This document shows, one piece after another, positions 39,255-51,800 of a stretch of 64,000 nt of DNA. The stretch's first letter is position 1, and the number at the start of each line of letters is the position of its first letter. This stretch comes from Trichinella spiralis. Its lineage: Eukaryota. The notes under the pieces were generated by a model that saw only the letters and a program-made list of their open reading frames with translations, had not been told where the DNA came from and did not search any database. The stretch spans positions 150,610-214,609 of the forward strand of contig NW_003526940.1 in NCBI RefSeq assembly GCF_000181795.1. Direction: 5' to 3'. The position numbers and the translations under genes are program-made.

Positions 39255-42200
39255 TCAATAACCACCGCAGTAGGTGCGAAAGCGGCGGCGATGGGGACGT
39301 TCTCCAAACATGCGCTCTGGATCGTCATGATGCTGCAAAGAACGAGCCAAAGCATTCATGCTTGCCGCCAAATCCTGTGGACGCTGATTTTGGCCGTGCA
39401 AATCTTGTTGACCAGAAAGCAAGAAAGCATGATCTTGGCGCCAACCCGCACCTGGTATATCAATAGGTTCGGATACTGGCGGCCGAGAAGATGCCGTCGA
39501 CAACTTAATAACACTGTCTTCAGCAAGATTTGGAATATTTTCAAGCTGCATTGTGTCAACAACAACATTGTTGCCACTGTTTTCATTCTCATTGCCGCAG
39601 TCTTTCTTGTGCATTCCGCTATTGTTCATCTTAACACCAGTAGCACTTCTGCCTCTGGCTACAGTGGCATTAGAGCTACGCAATCTACAGTTGTTGTATT
39701 CACTGCCAAAAATATCCTTTGAAGAACAGCGCCCTAAACGAGGAAATAACATCATGTGCAAAGAAGGCTTTTTTTCACTTTACCAAATAAAAAAAATACA
39801 AAAAAAAGGTAATTTAAGAAGATGTATAAACATCTCAACTGTTCAATGTCCTGCTGTTCACCACTTGCCGTAAATTCAATAAAAACAGCTGTGCAACATT
39901 AATATATATATATATATATATATACATATAAATATGAAAAATTGTCCATTAGTAGATGAAAATCAGCCACAACCACCACATGGAAAAGCATTCAACCCTG
40001 CAGAAATGTCACAGCTGCTTGCCCACCTCCCTCCTTTATCCGCGCTTGAAGACGATGCATCCCCCACCACCATTTGGTGAGAAGACGCACCTGCGGCATC
40101 GTTCAGCGAATGCACAGATGATCCTGCTGAATAAGCGTGTCAAAAACATGCCATTTAGCAAATTCAGTTTCCACTAATAATTATGTGAAATATTCATCGT
40201 TGATTGTTCTTCAAATTCAAAATTGATCGACAAATTGATCCAAATGGAACATTTGAAATATGAACAACAACAACAACAACAACAACGAATATAAAGAAGA
40301 AGAAGAAGAAGAATTTTCAAAGTAATATCTTCATCAAAAAGAAGAAAATACACATATATACATATATAGATAATTTTCAAAACAATATTTTTAATAACCA
40401 AGGAAAGTTTTTGAAAAATGCTTGCAAACATTCGCTGCGAGTTTCAAAACTTACCATCAACACCACCGCAGCCGCCAGCACCTGCATGTGGAATTGGGGA
40501 ATCAATCGCCAAGTAGTGAGAAGATAGTAGATCAAACTCGTTCACACAACAAATTACATCCTGAGTTACGTCCTCGTTTTGACTGTTCAATTTTGGGGGT
40601 TTACCCGTACCACCACTGTGTCGTTTACGTTTCGGGTGAGCCAAACTTCCTGGATTATTCTAGAAAAAAAAATGGATATTTTTCTTAAATTTTTAAAAAA
40701 TAAAAACAAAAAATAAATAATGCCGTCGTACAGCGACGCCTTTAGCTGAACAAATTCTCGGAGTGGGGGGCGATGGAAGTTGCGCAGCAGTAGGAGAGCT
40801 GGCGTTCTGGGTATCAACGTCCTCTTCTTCGTCGTCGATATTCATACGATTGGAATCGATCACGGAAAGTGGATCAAAAAAACCTCGATTTTCAAAATAT
40901 TCCACTTGCACATCTGGACCCATTGTTCGCTGAGACGGTCCACTTGGATACACCATCACTGGTGAGATGTTGACAATTTCTTCAGCCATCACTTCTTCAT
41001 CTTCATCACTGTTGCTGTTGTTGTTGTCGTTGTTGTTGGCAGCATTCTTTTTGCCGCTTTCATCATTCTCCAATAATAGAACAGCATTTTTCAGAAGATC
41101 ATTCTGACGACTGTCATTATCATTATCTTTGCTTTCATCACTGGTGCTGGTGCTGCTGTTGCTGCTGCTGCTACTTCTCCTACTTCCAGCATTTAAATTG
41201 TCGTTTTGATCACCACTTTCACTTTCATTGTCACTTTCCTCTTCTTCTTCTTCTTCTTCTTCTTCCTCAACAATTTTCTGCTGTTTCGCAGCATCACTTC
41301 TGCGCCGCTGCGCGTGCACTTCTTTTCCACCAACACGTGCAGCAGCAACACTTTCCGTCCGATTAAACTCAGCCATCAACTGAAGCAGCCACGCCTTTTC
41401 AACTTTCACTTTTTTCTGATTACTTTCATATTCTTTTTGTTCTTTTTTCAAAAATTTTTTAATACGTTCATCCATTTCATCGCGCAGTTTAACCAAATAT
41501 TTCGAAACGAACGATTGCAATTGACGATCGTTTAAAGAGACCAAATAATTTGTATCTGAAAAAAATACATATACATATATCGTTTGTGGAAAGAGAGAAA
41601 TTTTCTACCAATCTCTCTCTCTCTCTCTTTTACTTACCTAATTCCACTTCAAACGACGACGTGTTCGACATGCACATTTGCCGTTTCTCTGGCAGCAAAA
41701 CTTGGAAAACTTCAGAATAATTGTTCAGCTGTTTTACCATTGTAATCTGACATTCCTTATACTAGAAAAAAAAGGAGTATTATTATGCACACTTTTGACA
41801 GACAGACAGACAATTAATTCAACTATATGCTAATTCAAAAAAAATACAACAGATTATTGGAGAAATTAACATAACGAATTGATTCTCTCTGTTAATATTG
41901 AAAAAAAAATCATTATATATTTATATATTAAATGATAAAATCAAATTACGAAATTTCCCAAATTTGATGATGCTACCTACAAACAAAAATATAACGTGAT
42001 TAGTTAGACATGAAACAAATTTATTATTGTATATATATATATATATCTTTCCTTTCCCTTTCCACTTTAACCCTAAAAATTAAATAGTGCGCAAACAGCA
42101 CACATGTTCCCTACCAAACCAAATAACAACTCTGCCAGGTAAATCATCATCGAAACAAGCAATAAAAAAACAGAAATGCTTGATGAGATGGAACTTTTAC

Positions 42201-45200
42201 ATGTTTCCGACTGCTTAAAAAGTGGAGAATCAATCATATATGTTCACATTCATCAGAGTCGAACCGAACTTTCAACACGGTCGACAAACTGGTCACATTT
42301 AAGCTTCTTGCTGCTGCTTGTATTGTCCGTAGATTTGGAAAACAAAAAAGGCCAACCGAATCACAACTTTCCCAAGATGGAAAGAATATGGAAGCCGGCA
42401 ACCTGCCGGCGACCGTCATTGTTACTATATGCAGTGCAAAAATAAAAAAAAAGCTCGCAGTGTGACAAAAGTAAAAAAAAATACAGCCCACTCGACCCAT
42501 AAACGACCGCAAGTCAGCCAAAGCAAACCCTTCTCTCTACTGTATACGACGCGCACAGCACAGCCAACATGTCAAGCACAAACAATAGCAGAAGCGTCAG
42601 CCCCCGTCGATCAGCTGATTGCGGTTCGTTTAGCTAATCAGTAACAAGAATTCACTCGACCCCGCCTTTGGTTACCTTATGTTTCAATCAATTGACGACG
42701 GACGACGACCCAAATAAAACCTGATCACATCATAAAAGTTAAGCATCTCCCTTTGCCTCGTCCTTATATAACTAACTGTATAACTATGTACTACTTATTA
42801 GTACAGCAATTGTTCTCTTTTTCCCAAAACCCTATATTTCACTATATAATAATTTTAAAAGTCAACATAAAATAACCAATCAATTATTGATATACAAATA
42901 TACACAACAGGTGTATGTGTGTGAGAGAATATATGTGTAACAACACATTTACTCACCAGCATATCGTTCGGCATCAAAATTTCATGAGGAACGTGCTGTT
43001 CATTGACGAAGAATTTAAGTCGGCATAAGATACAGTGATAGCGACACCAGTGGGCCCGAAGTTGTTCAGTGCGGACAAATCCCGGTAAGCGCTGAAAAAA
43101 AGACCAATTAAATAAGAAGAAAGAGAGATTAAATTACGCAAACGCAGCTGGAAACGTCAAGCCTATAATATGATTAATGTGCAATTCGGTCAGCGGGGGA
43201 CTGACTGCAGGCTGTTTTAAAAGCCAAGACGAATCATTCATACTACTACTATTACTACTACACCTGACTTGTTCATCTGAATATGCAGGACAAGATGCAA
43301 GACTTATTTTCATGGGTCAGCAACGCAATCGACCCTATCATCCATCTTGTGGTGGTGACAAACAAGCAAAAAAACTTTTGCCCCTACTTCACACTGACTT
43401 AGATGATGATGACACTGGTCAAGGTCTACACGTATCCATGGTTCTGGTGAGGCCGTCAGCCTTGGCCGTACTCATCAAATATAAGAGAATAAAAGAAAAA
43501 ATTATCCACAATCATAAACCAACCACGTATTTGATTTACTTTTTCCTATTGAAGCAAATGAAAACGCTCTAACCTTGACAAGGCAATAAACACAATAATA
43601 TAATACGTGCACACACACACACACACACACACAAAAGTATCATGTTTTAGCAACAGTAACAAAATAATAAGAACAATATCTCCTTTCACAAACAGTTACC
43701 ATCTGCTTTGTCAAAAATAAACGTGTTAAATAAAAAGCTAAATAAAATGAATCACGCAAAAAATTAAGCTAATTTCGACATAACAGACATAAAATTAGCT
43801 TACTATTCTTTGTTGTTATTATTCTCCACAGAGAGTAAAAGCACTAGCTAGATACAGCTGAAGAGCAGCACATTCAGCCCAATTTTGAAATGCAAACATC
43901 ATCATCATCTGATAGTTCAACAAACTCCACTGCTTCACAAAAAGCTTACCATATTAAATAAAAAGTGATTTGAAAGGTGAGCAACGCATGGACTGTTGAA
44001 AATGAAAAAAAAAACAGAAAAATACAAGCATTCAAAAACTGGTCATAATTATACACACACACATATATAACTGCGTAAACTTTAAAACAAGCTATAATAA
44101 ATATGTAAAAAAATTTCCCTAATTCAAAAAACTGTACATACACGAAGTTTTAGTATATATGGATGTGGGGATGTGAATGGACAGGACATCTGTTCTACAG
44201 AGCACAGATAGACAGGCAGATAGATAAATCTCTTGATGTAGTAACATCTGCACGACGAAACTTGATCGGCATACTGCGGTTTAGGCGCAATGCAAACAAA
44301 ACTATACGAAAACGCAGCTGGTCGGTAAGAAAGCCTTACGCAAAGGCGAGGCTCGACGAAATCAAAGCCGGCCAACCTGACAACATGCGTGGCCCGAATA
44401 GTGCCTGGACAGGGCGGTCAAAATTGCCAATCGACCATAGTAAATTAGCAACACGCTGACAATGGCAATCCACAGGGGAGAAAAGGAAAAGAGAAATAAG
44501 AAAAACGCCCCAACTCCATTTATTATTATATGCATATACATCATTATTCACTATTAGGACTGTTGTTGTTATTATTATTATTCACCTACTGCATATGTAC
44601 GTGAGTAATGCACAATGTGTACGTGCGTACGTAAACAGCTAGCCTTTTTCTTCTTTAGCATCATTGTTGGCTGTTTCATTTTATATTCGGAATATTATTG
44701 TCTTATTTATTATCATCTATAAAAATATATCACCTCTGCAAGTGGTCACAATTTGATACGTTAATTGCAATTTTTGTGGCAGTTTTGCCTACCTATGTAT
44801 CAACTTTAACCATTACTGCTGACTGACAAGAGAAAGAAAACGTTGTGTCAAACAACTGGACCGCGCCGCACTCAAACCTCTGCTCGACAACCAACAACTA
44901 CTATACACTTGGACCCAACGAACGAAATCGCATATTTTCTGCATTACATATATTTATAAAATAGTTATTAAATAAAACAAATCATATTCTTTTCTTCTTC
45001 CATGCCCATCCTAATGAAATACGACTGCAAGAAATTTATTTTTTGCAATAAAAATAATAGGAAGAATAACTTTGTTGGTAAATAAATTCTATACTATTCC
45101 ACCAGCAGTAATACACACAACTTTTACAGTTTGGCTGTTATTAAATACTTTGTCGTCGCAAATATCTCACATGGTAATATGAATATTAAATCTCAAATAA

Positions 45201-45820
45201 AATAATAAATTTATAATCAAGCTTACGGGCAACACGGTGACTATATGCACTCCAATAATGTATATTATTATTGTTGTTGGTATTGTTGCTATTACCACAA
45301 ATTATTATGCTGCTAATTTACAACTACTACTGTTCATAGGATATCAAAAATATATTATGCTGCGTTGGTTTGCCTCTTATTGTTCAATGTTGACTTGTGT
45401 CTTTTAAAAAGAAAGCCCTTTTCACAGCAAACTGTTTGAAGCTTTGCTGGGTAAAAATTTGCACGTTTTCGTTCGTACTTGTTTACATTTCTGCTGTTCA
45501 GTGGGTGTGGGACAAAAATAGTGCAAGCAAATCAGGCAAAAAAGAAAAAAGATATATAACAGAAGAAATCACCCAAAAATATGCTATTCAAATACATGTT
45601 TATATATATGCAAGTTTTTTTTCCTGCTTACCAATTCCAAACCTTTTTCACGTATGCGAAATCGAAAATAGAGACGACCCTGATCGCCCAGGTGATCTCT
45701 GATTTCAGGCAAAGTGTCATGTTCGGCCAACAACTGCTCCACCGTTTCCAATCCGCCCTCCACCGGCCGGTCGACCATCGCATCCACGTAGACATTGAGG
45801 CAACGACACGTGAAGCGCAT
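39255..45820 (-). CDS. AKT1S1: PRAS40/AKT1S1 (Drosophila Lobe)-like mTORC1 regulator, ~7 exons
   Basis: Exon 45632-45820 MRFTCRCLNV. Exon 42957-43092 HWCRYHCILC. Exon 41638-41761 YSEVFQVLLP. Exon from 41555 encodes a coiled coil (LQSFVSKYL..MDERIKKF..EQKEYE) and an acidic/Ser region. Last exon PVSEPIDIP..W...DLAASMNALARSL...MFGERPHRRRFRT* resembles human SLPVSVPVW...IAASMRAL...VFGDLPRPRLNT. Phases of the first exons are consistent. Confidence 0.8.
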
Positions 45821-48800
45821 GGTTCTTTGCTAGCTGGCTGTCGATAAAAATCCTCAAAAAATAGAACAAAAAATTTTGTATATAACTTTAAAAGTTGAAA
45901 AAGCTACACGCATTGCCGGTAGCGTTCTGCATGGAACTGAAAGCGGCGCGTTTCCGCAAAATCGCGACAAACATAACTGATGAGAATGAATCATAGACTT
46001 TTGCTGTAATGTAGCCGAATAGACGGACGTAGAGGCAACGGAAAAGTAGGCTAGCGTGTAAATAAATTACAGGCGTGTCAAGTTTGCTCGCAAACATCGT
46101 CGTGATTATTATTATTATTATTACAATCGGCCTGACGATGTGCATCAAAGTTCGAATCAATATGAACACCAAAAGGTTTCAACAAGGCAATGCATTGGAA
46201 AATTTGTTTTCTTAACAGTATAAAATATCATACATGTACACACATACATACACAGATATATGTTATTATTCTTATACATACATACATGTACAGATAGAAA
46301 CATAGTTTTACGTAAATTTTGCAGTTTGAGAAAAAAAACTGTAATAAAGCAGAAAAAATTAGAAAAATAATCAAAATGTAAGAGGATGATTTTTAAACAA
46401 CCATTTTTCTTTTTCCCTTATTATAAAAGAAGCTATTATCTATGAAACAAAGTCAGCTGGAAAAATCATGTGCAAGTGAAAACCATGACGATGGCAATCG
46501 GTCACAAGTGACCGGTCCAGATCAAACATAAAAATAAAACATTGCAAAAATAATAAATAGCTGCAGCAGTAGTAATAAATTATAGAATAATAATGACGAT
46601 AATGATAATGGATAATAAGAATATGAATAATAATAATAATAATGAAAAAAAAAATATGAAAATAGTGGAAGAAACCTGCAATAACGATGCGCATACACAA
46701 ATTATTAATCAGTTTAACCTGACCGAACCAGACAATGTGCAGATAAAACTAGACCACTGGACGGCAAAATGCAAACCCGACGCAAAGTCGAGTAGATGTA
46801 CCTGACTATGGTTGGTACGGCAGGTAAAAGTGTGTAAATTATACCAAACGATTGGGAAGAAAAAATAGGAAAAAAAAAGAATCCCACCACAAGCACAAGC
46901 AATAAGCAAAGAATAAAGCAAAGCAGACTCGGCTAGCTAGTCAAGTCGACTGACTGACTGACTGGTCGACTCGACTGCGCACTAAACATGCATGTTCTTG
47001 CAACGCGCAGGCTGTTGGACACGTTGCTTAAAACCGACCACGCGGTCGACCAATGATTCGCAACAGCCTATGTTGGTCTTGTCCAATCACAAGCGAGCCC
47101 ATCTGAAAACACAGCGAGTCCGACCGGTCGCCGTAGTAGATAGAAGAAAAGAGAAAGCAAAAGAGATAGAAAGGCAGGCGACATGGCATAGAAAAATAAA
47201 TCAATGCATCAACGAAAATACTTTGCAAAGGAAAAAGAACTATTGTAGCAACTGCACACAGCACACACACAATCAGCCAGTTTGCAAAGATCAGTTGTTT
47301 TCTCAGTATTATTATCATTATAGTTTGTTTTTTTTAATTAAATAAATTTTCATCTTTATCTTACTACAGTTATAAAAAGTTTGTTTTAAACAAAAATGAT
47401 TGAAAGGAGAAGGAAAAAAAATAAAATAATGAGACAGCTGTCGTGTGTTTTTCTCACAGTTCGATCATTTGCTGCCAAAGCAATTATTTTAATAAAGATG
47501 TTGTCGAACGTACAAGCGGACAATAATAATTCACTAACGTACCACCGGTGAATTATTATAATAAACGATGCCCATCTTGAACAATTAATTTAACAATCAT
47601 TTAAAAATGCCTCAAAAGCGGGAAGTTGTCTTTCATTAGGTTCGAGTGATCTACTTTTTTTTTCTTCTTTAACACAGAAGAATCAAAAATAATAAATAAG
47701 AATTTCAAAGGAAATATAATTTATCATCTGTAATTTGTCTTCGCAAACAAAAAAAAGAATTTTCGATGCTTCAATCCGTGATGTTAGCAGCAGAAAAATC
47801 CTATAATAAATCAACAATTTAATTTTTATACATACGACATGTGTTGTTTTGCAAATTCGTCTCATTGCATTCTATCATCATCATCATCATCAAGCTCGTT
47901 CAATTGTTTTTCTTTTCACAATGTGCGCATGATGAGTGTGAAGAATAAATAATAACTAAAAAAAGCAAACAAACAAACAAACAAACAGTAAATAAATAAA
48001 TACATGTAAATAAAAATAGCAAAATAAAAAAAATATATAATCTACTTTCAATTCTTTTCACAAAATTACAATCAAACTTGCACCAAACAGACAAGGGTTT
48101 AAATAGACAATTCAACGATGACGAGCAGAAATTTATTTTCTTCTCTCGTGTTCGATTGAGCTGCAGCAAACTAGGTAAGCCGTGTGTGAATAACGAACAA
48201 CAACAACAAGCCTAAAAACATGAAGAGAAACTGAGAGAGAGAGAGAGAGATTCAACTCGCTTGCTCCAGTTCAATTCCAACTGAAACTTCAAAACTGTTC
48301 AACCGTCAAGTTGTCAGTCAAGAATTGCATCACAAAAATGATAATCACCAACAACAACAAACACAATCACTATTCTCACTAGTCGTAGAAATTATAAAAA
48401 TTATCAAATTCGTTAATCAAAAGAAAAAAATAAAACATACAGTAGGTAGTAAGGTTTGTTTTAAAATTATTGACCAATACTTTTTGAATTCTATATACAG
48501 CAAGCAAGCAAGCAAACACCTTGCTCCAAAGAACAGCAACAGTGATCAGATGATGACAATGATAAGCAAAGAAAAAAAATTAATAATACAAAAGAAAAAA
48601 AACAATCAAGTAAATAACTATTTCGTCTATACTTACACGTCACCAAGGCTACAAAAGTGAAAGATGATAAGCAGAAACTACTCCTAGACTGGCTGGCTGG
48701 TTGTTCAAATGAAATTAGAAGAAAGCGTTTGCCAAAGCAGCAATAACAACATCATCAACAACAACAGTCGTTTGTGCAAGTTGCCGTTTTGCTTTGCTGT

Positions 48801-51800
48801 TGCTGCTGCTTTTCTTATCGTAAAAATTTATTCTAATTATTATTATTATTATTATTAGTGGTAGTAATAACAGTAGTAGTAGTAGTAGTATTATTGGTCG
48901 ATGTAACAATTTGTTCACTACTGTTGTTATCAACTGGTAATTTCATTGGTTAATTTTTTTTCACTGATTGACAAAATTTGAAAAAAATTACTGCTTTCCT
49001 AAATACAATTTAAAAAAAAAGAATGTAATAATAATAATTTTTTAAACTGTCAAATAATTTTGACCTACTTTCTTCAATCATTTTGAAAGATCAAACACAA
49101 GACGACGACGACGACGACGACGATGACAAAGCTGAGAGAACACAGCAACTGAAAGTAACAAAATAAATATATGATGTGATATGATAATAACGATCACCGA
49201 CAATTTTGAACAACAGTTGGCGTGGTCAATAAGGAGGAGAGATTAAGCAACTTGCCAAGCAAGCTGTGGATCATTAATCCACACACTCCGGTTTCAGTCG
49301 AGCAAAAACGGCTGGTTTCACACAGCCAGCTCCAATCAGTGCACAGCTTTCTGTCGAAACAGCTGGTCCGGTCGGTCAATCCGTTCCACTACACACACAC
49401 AACCAACTCTTTATCTTTTCCATCACATCACTTGTGATATATACATACGATAACAAAAGCACTGAACAGCTTTTCGACAAAAAAAATGTGCGAACATGCC
49501 TGCTTTTTTCCACTTTTTTCCCTCAACACTGCAAACACATACACATAGAAACTAATACAAAAAACACAAATTATACATTATTTTTTGTTTTGCTTTGCTT
49601 TTTTAAAGCTTTTTTTTTGAAACAAATAAATAACCAAGTAAATATTGATCTGTTATTAAAAAGAATAACATAAGAAATATCAAAAAAAAAGAAAAAGAAA
49701 TACTATTATCGATCTCGACGCCAGTCATCAAAAAAATGTTCAAAGCACCTGACCAGGAAATCCCACGGCACCAGGTCAACGCGGTGATTGACGGACGGCC
49801 ACAAGCTACACACCAAGCAGTATCAAAGTTGAAAAAGCTGAAATTGAGTATAATAATAGAAAAAAAAATTCATCTTCACATCGAAATCGATACAAGAAAA
49901 TGGCAAAGCAGTGAAAAAAAGCCAAAAAAATAATAATCACGAGCAATATAAAATAAAGTTATAAAATTTTGACATACAAACACACTACAGACGCACAAAA
50001 ACACGGCCGACAGAGGATAATTTTGCGATAGTAATAGAAACAAACGATCATCGAAAAGCATCGTCAACAACAACAACAACGCATCATACTCAACCAAATG
50101 ATGATGCAAGTGAAAATTACTCGATCCATCCGTCTTGAAAAGCATCGTTTCCGCGTTAGAAAGAACAGAAAAAGCGGCAATGAAATGCCCAACCATCGAC
50201 CTATCAAACGTCTCTCTCTCTCTATCCTCAATACATACATACATACATACATGCATATATTATAGTATGAAAGCAAACCTTTTCAAAACCAACTGACAAA
50301 CAACCGGCCAGCTAGCTATTATCAATTTTAGATGGCTTAAAAAACTTGGAGAAAAAAAAGCGACTACGTTTATCAGAAGCGTAACAGGCGATAAAATTAA
50401 CCTTGACACGCAGCAGCAGTGTCGACTGGAAATTGAACACAAACAGGCTTTTTATTATTCGATTCAATAAAAATATACATCAAGCCACCAAATCTAGCCA
50501 AAACCAACCAACCAACCGACAACTCAACTCAACTGACTGCACCAATACTAGAAAGTACAAGTTACCTCTGCCGCCGCTTGTTCCACTGCAAACTGCTCTC
50601 GATATTGCTGAAAAAGAATTTTTTTTCATTTTTGTCGTCATTTAATAATAACCGATCAATAATAGAAATTTGATTTAAAAAGAAAAAACAAATTTAAATT
50701 GTAAATTTAAAAAAAAAAGAAAATACATCTCGCAACAGCTACTGTATACAGGGTATAAGATGGGGATAGTGAAGAAAAAAATTTTTTTTTCTTACAATCT
50801 ATTATTATCACACAAAAACCAGTAATAAACTGAGATGCAATTACGAGCAAGTATCAAATTTATCACACATCTTCATTAACAATAATTAGAATAATAATAT
50901 ACTGAAAGTGAACAATACTCATCAATCAAGACTCATTAGAAATTAACCATGTACAGCAGTGGTGCGTGTTCGCTTCCACTCAAGAGTCGCAGAATTAATT
51001 TTCACTATTACTTTCCTATGCATCTGTAGGGGTAAATTATAATAAAATTGTTAACTGACCATCATAAAAACAAACATAAATTTTTAACTACACCATAATA
51101 ATATTTCAACCATTTTACAATGCATTCATCTTCACGGGCACATATATATATATATATATATAAGAAAAAGAAAAAGAAAACTGGCAATAGCCAAGCATTT
51201 GAAACGATTGCTTTGCTGTTGCTGTTGATGCAAAATGATCAGCGAGCAAATCAAGCCTGAGAGCAAAAAGCAGTCTGCATTTTCCGCTATTTGTTTTTGA
51301 CAGCACAAAACCAATAACTCATGCACAACACATTTGCACTGGGACTGAGAAATCTTGAGACAAATAAAATGCTCACTCAGTCAGTCAGTCAGTCGGCAGC
51401 TTAAAACAAAAAAGAAGAGAAAAAGAAAAACCCCTCAATCATCAAACGTCGTGATAATCATCTTGGCTATATTTTGTTAAATTTTGAACAATAAAAAAAC
51501 ATACACTAGAAAAAAAAATTCTCTGAACACACTTTCTCTGAACTATAAAAATAATCACAAGTAATTAATTTTCTTTAAAAAGTATTCATTCGGATTTCTT
51601 TTTCGATTGTTTGTTACCTGCAAATAAATAGTTATTACAAATAAATTAATGTATTAAATTGATAGAAATTATTTATTCGAAATTATCATTTCCGACATTG
51701 CACGTCCGATTCGCACGACTGCCGGTCAATGTCCAATTTATCTATCGATCGTGAACACCAACCACAAGGTGCAACAGTCCTCTCATAACCAGAGTTCTAA

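Noticed and set aside
39291..41535. Plus-strand ORFs 39291-39722, 39553-39873 and 41206-41535
   Set aside because: Antisense shadows of PRAS40-like exons.
44230..44270. Hammerhead ribozyme (TGATG...CGAAAC)
   Set aside because: The CUGANGA core is absent and stem II does not form.
44270..44295. Telomerase RNA template (GCCUAAACC)
   Set aside because: Only about one TTAGGC unit, it sits in a hairpin loop, and no convincing downstream pseudoknot or H box was seen.
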